Assembly (NCBI GenBank): GCA_038087875.1
Contig: JAXLNO010004071.1
Span: forward strand, 62,001-126,000
From: Malacoraja senta
Taxonomy: Eukaryota
Reading direction: 5' to 3'
DNA length: 64,000 nucleotides
Each line of letters starts with the position of its first letter. Position 1 is the first letter of the stretch. This document shows, piece by piece, positions 48,476 to 60,625 of the stretch. Position numbers and translations under genes: made by a program. The notes below the pieces were generated by a model. It ran no database searches. It was not told the DNA's origin and worked only from the letters and a program-made list of their open reading frames with translations.

Positions 48476-49169
48476 TTGACATGTTATTGATGTTCATGAT
48501 TATTCTGTTCTTTGTGCCTGGCCATTTTGACTTTGTCACATTTTACTTGGTTTATGATATTGTACAAGATTTGCAATCACACCTCCAAATTGACTAAAAT
48601 TATCCCAATTAACTAAATGCCTACTATGGCATTTAACTTATTGCATTATATTCAGTGCAGGGTAGAAGCTGCAGTTTTTTAAAAGGGCAAGTTTTAATTA
48701 CATACTATGTGGTGTGTTCAAGTTCAAGTTCAAGAAGTTTATTGCCATGTCAACAAGTTGATAGGAATGTGTCTTGGTTCGCTCTCAGACAAATACAATT
48801 CAGTACAATACATCCACCACATACACCACAATAAATAATAAATAATACAGACAATATCGTACGAAGGACAATATATACAGGAAGGACAGTGTGTGCCTGG
48901 AAAGCACTGCCAGGGATGGTGGCGTCTGGCGTGCACCTTCGTGGGTGCATGGAGATGCAGGGGTTTGAGGGACATGAATCATTTGCAGGCAGATGCTGCC
49001 TAACTGGTGTCTGTCCGACTCATCTGGAGGGATCTGATGGTCAGGCAGGGAATATTTCCAGTGACCCAATGGTGCTGAGTTCGCTGAATTTTACGATGAA
49101 TGGGAATGCCCCTGTAATAGAGGAACAGGTCCTTTGTCCAACAACGTTTGTGCTGAACATGACGCAACC

Positions 49170-49685
49170 TGAGGCAGAGTGGCGCTGCTCATAGAGCTGC
49201 TGCCTCAGTGCGTCATAGACGTCAGTTCAATCATAACCTCGGTTGTCTGCTGTGTGAAGTTTGCATGTATTCCCTATGACCGCATGGGTTTCCACTGTCC
49301 TCCAGTTTTCACACACATACTAAAGATGCCAGGTTTATGGGTTAATTGGTCTCTGTAATTTGACCCTAGTGTGGAAGCGAAAGTTAGATAACATAGAACT
49401 TGTGTGAACGAAACTATTTGAAGGAGTATTGAGTTTTTTGTTTAGTTTAGAGAGAGAGCATTGAAACAGACACTTCGGCCCCACTGAGTCCGCACCAACC
49501 AATGATCACCCACATAAGCTAGGAACACAAGTCAATTAACCTACAAACCTGCACATCTGTCTTTGGAATGTGGGAGGAAACTGGAGCACCTGGAGAAAAC
49601 CTATGCAGTCACAGGGAGAAGGTACAAATTCCATACAGACATCACCCGTGGTCAGGATCAAACCCAGGTGTCTGGCGCTGTGCCT
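49170..49685. mobile_element. Two SINE copies in opposite orientation (about 49170-49420 +, about 49435-49685 -)
   Basis: HE1-like core on both strands, joined at their tails. Confidence 0.65.
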
Positions 49686-50839
49686 CTATATCTGGAAGGA
49701 AGATGTTATGTGGGATGAATCAACAGTTAAAGCGAATAAACTAGTTGCATCTTTCTGAGTTCTGTTCTCTGCTATGCCATTTCTTTGTTGTCTAATATTT
49801 AATTTCCCTCCTCAGATTATCAAAATATTCAACCAAAGCAGAACGTGCACTGCTAACCAATCGCTGAGTAGAAGATTTCATGGATGTGATTAAAATGCAG
49901 GAACTGAAATAAATGGAAAAAGTTAAATTAAGTTTATCAAACATGACAGAAATTCTCAATAGTCTGCCCTGCATTTGTACAAATTAGAGCTATCTAGCAA
50001 TTTATGTTGATAACAGCTGATATAACTGAGGCCTCAACTCCTTTACTGTGCTTATTCCACATAAGACACAATTCCCTGTTCTTTTAGAATATATCCACGC
50101 ATTATCCATCAATTCACCACCACATCATGCCTCTTTAATACATTCATAAGGTTAGCTCTGTTTCTTGTCATCTCCAAGGGACACAGAACCAGTGATTTCA
50201 GCCATTCATGGTTAGGCAACACTTGCTTATTCCAGAAATCTCTTCTAGCTGATATCAAATATTAATATATCCTTTCTTAAATTTGAGGACCAAGCTGCGC
50301 ACAGTGCTCCTGGTTTGTCCTTAGCAACATCATGTACCATAATTACAATAGTAACCTACTTTGAACGCCAATATGCTACTCACCTTCTGCGTTGCGTGCT
50401 GCATCTACCTGCTGGCTTTTTGTTTTGCACTTTAAGCACTTGAATCTCTTGTACTCCACTCATTTGCTATCTCACTCCATTTAGATAATAGCTTCTTTGA
50501 ATTGCTCTTACCAGAGTGTGTGAGCACATATTTTCCATCATTAAACTCCATTTGCCCTGTTTATGTTCATCTAACAAAGAGTCATGGAGACATATAGCAT
50601 GGAAGCAGGTAGTTCAGCCTAATGCTCCAAGCTGAACAAGATGCTACATCTAGGTTAGTCACATTTGGCAGTGTTTGGCCCACTTTCCTCTCAACATGTT
50701 CTATCCATGTACCTGTCCAAGTGTCTTTTCAATGTTGTTATTCTGCCTTCGCTGGCAGCTCATTCCATACACCCAGTAACCTCTTAGTAGAAAAGGTTGC
50801 CTCTCAGGTTCCTACTAAATCTTCCTCCTCACCTTAAAC

Positions 50840-51453
50840 CGAGGGGTGCAGTGCTGCCGGAGCTCACCTGAGCACCGATCCGGCACCTCTGTTAAAGAAA
50901 AAATAAACAGCGTGGAATTTTAACTAGCGGATGTGTGGTCGGGGTAACCTGATTAAAAGAGGGGTAAGGGGAAGATCCATCACTACTGAGGTTCCCTGTA
51001 GGAGGAGGGGAACACTATGATGCAGCAGAGACAGACCATGTGATGTGTGCATCGTTTGTGGTTGTGGGCCTGGAGCTGAGCCTGGAACTCTGGTGGGTGG
51101 GTGAGTGGGTGGGTGTGTAGGTGAATGGGTGTGAGGGTGAGAGTGTGTGAGTGTGTGTATGTGTGTGTGTGAAGGCCCAGAGCTGCAGGATAGTCAGGGT
51201 GAGTCGGTGTCTTGCCGGCACCTCTGTAAAAATACATGATAACCGTATTTTTCTTTACTTGCTTCATAATTATATTTCATGATAATCAGTGAGTGCAACC
51301 GTGCAATATTTTGTCATAATTAAATTAAGTATTATATGTTTTAATGTACTAGCTATACACTGGGATGTAGTAATAGGCTATAATCATGTTTGACCCTCTA
51401 GGGAGACTAGCTTGCCCCCCCCCCTCTCCAGCAAAATCTGAAATGCCCCTGTT
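50840..51453. mobile_element. Non-autonomous element sharing an internal module with the 15021-18421 element
   Basis: GAATTTTAACT(G/A)GCGG..GTGTGGTCGGGGTAACCTGATTAAAAGAGGGG at about 15231 and about 50915. The right end ATGCCCCTG is TIR-like; the left TIR was not found. Confidence 0.5.
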
Positions 51454-51669
51454 TGACAGCTCCGACACCTAAAAAATTAGCATTGAACACTGCTTAAACC
51501 TGTTTTTGCTGGTTCTTAATTACCCTACCCTGGGTAAAATAAATCCTGATCAATCGCCCTCATGATTTTAGAAAGCTCTCTAAGCACCAATTAAATGGTT
51601 TCAATTATAGATAGAGTAAGACTTTGTGGTTATTTCCAACAAGAATTTTAGACTAAAGAAAGGCCAGTG

Positions 51670-52100
51670 GAAGTACTTGGTCAAACAGCATCTGTGGAGG
51701 CAAATGACATATACCAACATTTCAAGGCAAGGCACTGCATTAGAATTGAAGGAGAGGATGGGAAGATTCTAACAGTTTGAAGGAGGAATGGGGCAGAGGC
51801 TGGTAAGTGGCAGGTGGAATCAGCTGGGGAGGGGATGATGGGCAGATGGAGCAAAGTTGGTGTATGGGTGGTTGTGGGAGAACAAATGAACACCAGTGGT
51901 ATGGATAAGCTGAAATGTGAAAACTTTATATTCATACCATCGGCTTGTAAGTTACCCAGGTGGATTATCAGATATTTTACTTAAAACTTTCTGTGCCCAA
52001 GGTTAACGACAGATGGGTGAGTGTGAGAGTGGGAAGGGGTATTAAAATACCATACAACAGATCTCAGGATGATCTTTACTTCAAAGGGATGTGCTCTACA
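51670..52100 (-). mobile_element. Old Penelope-like GIY-YIG/pLTR remnant
   Basis: The reverse strand CTGGGTAACTTACAAGCCGATGGTATGAATATAAAG parallels LGSLHPSGMNI of the younger copies. Confidence 0.55.
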
Positions 52101-54045
52101 AAATGGTTGACATCTAAGCTAGTTTCTCCACAGTGTGAGTAATGAATGCAGTAGAGAAAGTTGAAAGAGGTGCAAGTGAACCTCTGACTCATTTGAACAG
52201 TTTATTCTCCTGTTCTTCATCTCTTCCTCCTCCTCTCCTACCTGTTTCCATCTACCCATTATCCTCTCCCCATCTGGTTCTACGTTTGATCTACCAGCCT
52301 CTGTCCTATCCCTCCCTGATTGCTATATATTGGCAACTCATCCTCTTCCCTCACAGGCCTGGTGCAGGTTCTTGACCCTATTTGTGACATCAACCATTTG
52401 TCCCAATAATTTTGCTTGAGCCATTGAATGCTTTCAGTCTTCTGTTTTTAGTTGCAGATTCCATTAGCTACAGTCATTATTGGATAGAATATATTTTGTT
52501 TTAACACTGCATTTAGTCTGAGACACAGCACCAATAAATGTTGTTACATAACGCTTGGTTATTTGATGATGTCAAAAGTCTTGATTGTTTGTACTTTGTA
52601 CATTTCTAATCTAATGCAGAGAATTTATCATCCATAAGAATATAAAATTTTCCACGGTGATTGGTGGTACAGTGATCAAGTTCATTTTATGTGGCTCATT
52701 TGGTACAAGTTCTGCTCTTGAGATTTCACCTAATAATAGTTGCCTGTAGAATGTGCTTGATGAATAGACCATTGCGTATAAGATTTTTGGAAATAGATTG
52801 GCATGAAATCCAAGTAAACACATTGGATTGCACCCTGTTGTTATAGTGGCTTCATGTTGCGAAGTAAAGGCAAGATATATGGAATGTGCAAGATACAATA
52901 TGAAAGATATAATATGCAAGGCGCAAAATTAAATTGTTGTTAAGAAAATGTAGGGCCTCCATTTATTTGCAACAGCATCAATCACAGTTATCTTACGTCA
53001 AAGTTGATTTTGTATTTTTTAAAGAATGAATGGGAACAAAATGATCAAAAATGAATTGGCAGTCAAAGTAATACAAGGTTGTAGTGGAGACAAGTGTGAA
53101 GGAACAGGCCACTCTGCCGATCCTGCCAATACTGCTGCATATAGTCCACATGACCCTCTTCCCACCTTATGCGATCTGCAACATGGTTGGCAAGTCTATG
53201 CTGGATTCTCCAATGTAGAACCGACTATTCTTTTCTCTTTTGTGTTTGCCCAGCCTTCCCCTGAATGCAATTCATTGATCTGGATCCTCATTCTCACCTG
53301 TATTGGGTGGGAGGGGAGGAGAGGGAGCATTCTCTGTCGAATTCCCTGCTGGATTTTATGGTGGAAATGTTTTCACCATAGTGATTCATTTAAAAGCTTT
53401 ATGTATTTTAATATCTCCCTTCAGCCACTTCTCAAAGGGGTGGAGGGCAGGGGGTGGATGACTTACCCAGGGACATTTGATGACCGTGTTTTGTTTATTT
53501 TATCCAAACATTTTTTAATATAGATTAATATAGTGTTTTTTTTTGTATCTTGGGTAAGCACATTGAAATAGAAATGGATGGCGTGTTCAGAAAATTATTT
53601 CTGATTTGTCCTTGCTTTGTGAACACCAAACCAATGTATGCATCTGCAAAAAGGCATTGGCACCAGGGTCTCGGTTCCTTTTAAGCATCCCAGTTATCAT
53701 GTTCTTCGATGCAGAGGAAATGTGGCCACGATAAATACAAAAATGTTGAAATGCAGAATATAAAAGTAATAGGAATTCAGGCATTTGAGCCTCAACTATT
53801 ATTCCATGTGATCAATTGTGACCTAAAATTTATACCTTGATCCTTTTATTTCTCTGATCCTTTGACCATACAAATAACATATAACTCTTTGTATAAATTC
53901 AATGATCTGTGTTCAACTGCTTCCAGTGGTATAACATTCCACACCTTCATCATTCTGTGGGAGAAGTAATCGCTCTTCATCTCAACTTGAAGCCTGATCA
54001 TCAGATTGTGACCACTGGGTCCTGAACTGACCGGATTTCCCTCTT

Positions 54046-54203
54046 NNNNNNNNNNNNNNNNNNNNNNNNNNNNNNNNNNNNNNNNNNNNNNNNNNNNNNN
54101 NNNNNNNNNNNNNNNNNNNNNNNNNNNNNNNNNNNNNNNNNNNNNNNNNNNNNNNNNNNNNNNNNNNNNNNNNNNNNNNNNNNNNNNNNNNNNNNNNNNN
54201 NNN
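54046..54203. other. Assembly gap (158 N)
   Basis: Run of N. Confidence 1.
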
Positions 54204-56299
54204 TTTCTCTTTTCTCGTTTGTACTATGTTTACATATTCCATTGTGCTGCAGTGAGTAAGAATTTCATTGTACTATCTGGGACATATGACAATAAAACAC
54301 TCTTGACTCTCTTGAATCTGTACATACCCATAAGAATGTTGTAGTTAATTTTGAATGGTCCTAATCACAATGTAAAACTAATCGCCCAAATCGCCCTTCA
54401 TACATTAGTCCTCCCATACCTGAAATCTGATGAACCTTCACAGCACTCCCTCTATAACAAGAACATTCTTCCTAAGATCAGGAGACTAAAACTGCAGATG
54501 CCATGGTCTTGGCAAGCACATTTCTCAGAATAACATGATGTATCTTTAGAAAGGGATAAGGAGGAATCTCAAGAGTCAGAGGGTGGTGAATCACATATTA
54601 AGTTCTTGGAGCTCTGGAAAATTATCAATCTTTGAATGGAAGAATGGATAGGGAGGCTGCTCACTTTGCTGGAGGGTTTGAGAGCGGACAAGGAATTCTA
54701 TGCAACGTGCGTTTGGAATTTCAAGTGTATGGCACGTAGATGTTGTGTAATTGGCTCCATTATGCCCTTAGTGCATTGGAAAAGGTAAACGGGGTTTTCA
54801 CCTAAGATTACATTTTCTGCTAACTGCACTTTATGGTAAGCAAGTAGGCTGGCTTTGGGAAACAATTAGATGATTGAGGGCTCACTTAGAATAACTGGGA
54901 AATTATGGAGCAGCCTACAAGGATATTTATTGTAGCTAAAGGATAAGTTAAACCTTTCTTTTCTCCGAGACATGCAAGAATAGCTCGGTGCTTGATTTAA
55001 TGCAGAATCTTTGAAGGACAGTGGCTGGGCCCGCAAGATCTCCACACCAGCCATCATAAATAGGAGTCTCCAATGGGCAGAAGACTGTGAGACTTGAAGG
55101 TATTTGCCACGGCTTCTATCATTTAACACATTCTGAAAGCCATGAGATTCGTTGCTTTTTTAATGCTTTATCTTGTAATTTGACATAATAAAGATAGTCA
55201 TTTGTACCCTTGAAATTTTCTTTCTCCGTTCATTGATCCAAACCCTATTTATGTTTCATCACAAAGAGAGAATTGGATAAACTAATTGTGAGCAAAAACA
55301 CGCAAAACTACAGTCGAAGGGCTGGGGTTGAACAAGTGATTTTCTCCAGTAGAGAGGTGGCATTGGCCTGATAGGATGAATGGTCTCCATCAGCACAGTA
55401 AACATTTAAATGATCCATTGTTTTGTATTTATCATCGTATATCAAATAAACTTAGGGATACGGAAGGAGAAATATTTTGGCCTGTTTATATGGTGCAAAA
55501 TAACCCACCCCAGAACAATAAATAGTTGTGAATTTACACTTAATATTATCTGTCACTGAAGCAGAGTGCAGAGGTTCTCAAATTAATTTAAGAAATTGTA
55601 TTAAGGCGACTGTATAGAAAATGGTGGGTATTGCTTGGCTGCAAGATGGGAGTAGTATTGTAGTGGTAGTGATCAGGTGTTTTGATGGCAGTGATCATAA
55701 TTTAGCATGATTAAAGTAGCAATGTACACTAGGAATGCAGGTTCGCAGCTGAGGTGAAAACATTTCCAAGACTGCAACATAATTTAACAGAAATGTAATA
55801 CAAAATGTAATAAAATAGGGCAATTAAATGGTAACAGTTAACAGATCTCTGGGGATACTAGAAACTGCAGATGTTGGATCGTTGAGCAAAACTGTTGGAG
55901 GAACACAGTGGGTCAGGCAACATCTGTGGGATGGAATGAACCAACGACAATTCAGGCTGGAACTCTTGTTCAGACTGGTGACTTCAAAACGTTGTCAGTC
56001 GATTCCCACCACAGATGCTGCCTGACACACTGAATTCTTCATGCACTTTGTTTTTAACACATCAGCTGGAAAGAGTCCAGAGAAGATTTACAAGGAGACT
56101 TGATAGTGGCATTTGAAGTCTTTAGAAAGGCATAGATATGCAGGGAAAGGAGGGATATGGAACATGTGTTGGTGGACGAGATTAGTTCAACTTGGCATCA
56201 CCTTTGGAACAGAAGGTGTGGCCCCAAGGGCCTGTTCCTATGCTGAACTGTTCTGCAAGTCACTGAGTCTATGTTCAGGGAGGGTGAGGTTGAGAAGGC

Positions 56300-56960
56300 T
56301 CTGATTTCAATAGAAAATAGGTGCAGGAGTAGGCCATTCGATCCTTCGAGCCAGCACCGCCATTCAATGTGATCATGGCTGATCATCCCCAATCAGTACC
56401 CCGTTCCTGCCTTCTCCCCATATCCCCTGACTCCGCTATTTTTAAGAGCCCTATCTAGCTCTCTCTTGAAAGCATCTACTGCCCTCTGAGGCAGAGAATT
56501 TCACAGACTCACCACTCTCTGTGAGAAAAAGTGTTTCCTCGTCTCCGTTCTAAATGGCTTACTCCTTATTCTTAAACTGTGGTCCCTGGTTCTGGAAATG
56601 TGGCCCCTGGTTCTGGATTTCATTCCTTAGAGTGCAGGAGGATGGGGTGATCTGAAAGAGGTTTACAAAATTATGTGAGCAATCAATCAGGTAAATGCGC
56701 TTGAGTTTTTTGCCCACAATAGGGGACTCGAGAACCAGAGGATATAGATTTACGGTGAGAGGTGGGTGAGTGTGGAGATTTAATAGGAACCTGGGGATAA
56801 CATTTTTACACAAAGAGTGGTGGGTATATGGAACAAGCTGCCAGAAGAGGAGGTTGAGACAGGTACTATCATAACAATAAATATACAATTGGACAGGTAC
56901 ATGCATAGGATAGGTTTAGAGGGTTATGAGCCAAGCGTGGGGAGTTGGGACTAATGTAGA
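56300..56960. mobile_element. CR1 3' fragments in opposite orientations
   Basis: A - strand tail piece at 56300-56600 and a + strand piece at 56620-56960. Confidence 0.7.
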
Positions 56961-58123
56961 TGGGGCATGCTGTGCCGAAAAGCCCGTTTCGACGCAGTCT
57001 TACTAGGGGCAATTTACAGGGGGCAATTAACCTATAAACCTGCACGAGTTTGGAATGTGGGTGGAGACCAGCGCCCGGAGAAAACCCACGTACGACGTTC
57101 ACACAGACAGCATCCGTAGTCGGGATCAAACCCGGGTCTCTGACGCTGCGAGGCATCCGTTCGACTGCTGCGAATTTTGTTTGTATTTTCTGATTTAAAT
57201 CAAAGATGTTGGTATAGATATGAGTTCCATGTTTAGGAAATGTGTGAATGTCAGCAAAGTTGTTTGCAGGTGTAGTATTAGGCAAGATGTAAACTGCCTT
57301 GACATTCAATAACATTACCAAGCTAACTCCTCCGCCATCAATCTCTGTTCAAATAATAATTGAATCACCGTCTTTTTGACCAGACAGTAGGACTCGCGTG
57401 AACTTGGAAGCTGCAGGGAAAATGACTAATTTGGACTGGTGTTACTTTTGGCCACTGAATGGAAGATTATAATCATTTTCCTCTGGACGGTGGAATCAAC
57501 ACCCTTTCGCTTTCCAAGCGGGCAATTAGTGCTGTTCTCCCTTTGAAATCTACCGTGTAAAAATAGCACCTGCAGATCAAGATCCAAATTGACCGCCATT
57601 CTGATTTGGAAATATGTCCTGATCCTCAGTATTGCAAATGCCGAATCGCCCCACGCCGACAGAATATTGTACTGGCGCATGGAGGTCTTCAGCGGTGGAA
57701 AAAAGGATGGCTCTTCACCACGTAGATGAAATGTGCATGTACCTTTAACATAGTGACCTCACCACTACTAACCACTCCCCACATCACTGGTATAATTACA
57801 ACCTTCCCACCCAGTTCTCTCTCTCTCTGGTTCCAGTGACAGACCACGGACAGCTAGGGCAGCAAAGTATGTGTATTATGAATAAACAGTAGTAAAGATA
57901 CAGTGCATTATGACCCATCTTTACATTCACCACGTAGTCAAAGGCAAAAAGGAAATTTTAATACAACCTTGCTACCTGCTTAAAATAAACACTGGGTGCT
58001 GCAATCGATAGATACAACGTGTTGGTTTATTATTGACACGGGTAACTAGATACAGTGAAAACCCCTTTGCGTGGCATTCAGCCAAATCATACTATGCATG
58101 AATACAATTAAGCCATACATAAT

Positions 58124-58681
58124 TGTGAGATGCAAAATCACAAACGCTTTTAGAGACAAAGTCGGCAAAGAAGCTTTTTATTTAAATCATATTCTGCAGA
58201 ATAGGTGCGTCTCCTCTGATGTCCCCTAGAGGCACACCGAGGATCGGGATGTCTTCTATCTTTATACATTTCATGGGTATCATTGTCACACCCTCATCCC
58301 TCCCCATTGTGCTTCTTCCAATCATAACATAAAGCCCACATTCCCACGAGAACATCCTGGAACGTCCACCCGACGTCAAAGACACCTCCCATATCATGCA
58401 TCGCATGTGCATTTAAATTAGGCATCTTGTCATAGTGGCTGTGTGTACATATTCATGTAAGTTCATTAGGCATGCGCAGATATGTTTGACCTTATGTACT
58501 TTCTCCCTTTCTACTTACTTCTCAAATCTTCTGCTGAATTTGCTACTTTTTATCTAGAATTTCTCTCTGTTCTATATATCGTTATTTTCTATTTTACCAG
58601 CAGTCTGGCTTCTGCTGACACCACAAGCCATTGTTCTATCCCTAGTCTAAATCAACCATGTCTGTTAACTCTTTCCTCACA
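58124..58681 (-). mobile_element. ERV 3' LTR (558 bp)
   Basis: Terminal IR TGTGAG...CTCACA. The polypurine tract AAAAAAGAAAAGGGTAGAT lies immediately upstream on the - strand. TATAAA is near 58262 and AATAAA near 58180 (- strand). A near-identical copy starts at 63721. Confidence 0.92.
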
Positions 58682-58717
58682 ATCTACCCTTTTCTTTTTT
58701 GCTACGCAACCTTTGAT

Positions 58718-60625
58718 TTATACTATATCTTCCTTTTCTAATGCTAGCAGCAGATTCTTCACCTCCCTATCCCACTCTCGTTGGTTATACTGTGTTCTGA
58801 AGGCCATCATGGTGGCACGCTGTTCTTTGTCAGGGCTGTTTCTATCAATCGCTGAGCCAATCCCCGGACGCAGGGAATGATACAACATCCGAACAAACAC
58901 AGAAACTCCACCATGACTACCACTGCTGTTAGAGCTGAGGTAAAGATGTGCTTCCATTTCCCAAACCAGGAGTCTAGAAACCCAGTCCAGGAGTTGTCTA
59001 CTCCAGAGTTCTCAGCCAATTCGATAGTCAGAGAGGTGAGACCTGCTAGGGCTCTTGACACTGACCCATCCGGAGCAGTGTTGTTGGGGATGAATGTGCA
59101 ACATTGTTCGCCAAACATTACACATACCCCTCCCTTCTCAGCCAGTAGCATGTCCAAGGCCATGCGATTTTGCCAGGCTATTTGGCTGGTAGCTGTCAGT
59201 TGTTCCCGTAATCCTTCAACTGCATCTCGAGTGTAATTTATAAAGCGTTGTTGATTGTAGTATAGGTAGTTGATCCAGTCCACATTTTTATTAATTGTGG
59301 ACCACCAGAAGAGCATGGACTCAAAGCCCGCAGCTATCTGGTTTCTGGCTTTGAATTCATCGGGTACCCCTCTTGTCAGCCCTATCGCATCTATATATAT
59401 ATGTGTGTGTCGAATGATCCTTTCACCCCTCTCTTTTGTCGTTGGCTTCCGTCATTGAGTTCTACAGCATGTTCTACTGCTATGGTGAAGGGCATCATCA
59501 GTTGTGTGAGGGTACAGGTTCCCGTCCATGACCCCGGTAACCGGGGCCACAGGGTATTCTCCCCGCACCACCACCAGATATCGGCTCTACTGACTATCTG
59601 TTTTTTTAGCCAGGAGCTATTGAACAGTGGTCCCTGTTCCTCAGCCGTTATGTTATACGTCTGATTGCAGTTGAGCACCTTCCCCATATCCTGTCCCTCT
59701 GGGTTATTTCTTGTATAGCACTCAAACCCCTCCTCCCCAAGAGGACTGGTAAATGGAGGAGGTCGAGGGTCTTCCCTTCGGCCCTTCGTATTGTTGTTGC
59801 TGGTCGGAAATAGGTAATGATAACTCTGGCATATCACATTCTTTGGTAAGAGGGGATTCGTGAATAGCTGTAGTATACATGACATAGCCCTAGGTGTTCT
59901 ATTCCAATTCAGGGGAAATGGTACTGGGACCAGCTGAGGCCAACTCCGGCGCAGGTGTAACAATTGGTTCATTGCATACTTCTGGCTGTGTACATCATCC
60001 AGGCAAGCAAGGTGTTGGCTCCTTTTCCCCCTGTTGGTATTCCCTTCTCATATAACTGCTTTAATCCTGTTTCTCCTTCTACTATCATTATCTTCAGATC
60101 CTTAGACTCATTCTCCCTGGTGACTTTGCTGACTACTGGTGGTGCTGGTGTTGCCCCGGGATCCCTATTCTGACTGTCATCTATCTTGAACACCTTTCCC
60201 CTATCCTCGTATCTTACCATCTCCCCATCCCGCTTCACTTCTATCTCAAACTTCAGACATGTGTCCTTCCCTGTTCTATCTGCACATATCCAATACCTAC
60301 CACTTTCCTGCATTTGAACACTCTGTATGCTCACATATATGCGTCCTGGCAATTTCTCGTTCGGGTTTTGATATATTTTCCACCTATCAGTTTGATAGGT
60401 GGTTCGATGCCACCCATATTTTGATGAAGTAAACACCGCGTGCCAATCTTTACAGGGATGGGTGCATACATACATTCTATAGCCACACCACCATTTTCCT
60501 TTACATACATCAAATGGGATGGTGGTGGACTTTCTATTCTGTGGTATTGTGATTTTTATACATGTTATATTACTCATGAGTTGGGTAACCACCCAACACA
60601 CGACCCACCAACACGAAATCTTCAT
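58718..60625 (-). pseudogene. env: ERV envelope, gamma-type, disrupted
   Basis: Signal peptide MKISCWWVVC, SU CYTC (59951-59962), furin site RQKR, ISD WQNRMALDMLLAEKGG, CX6CC (CVMFGEQCC) and a TM helix. There is one stop and about 3 frameshifts. Confidence 0.93.

Noticed and set aside
53026-53523. 165-aa ORF
   Set aside because: It overlaps decayed antisense CR1-like sequence, has no motif and has no convincing splice context.
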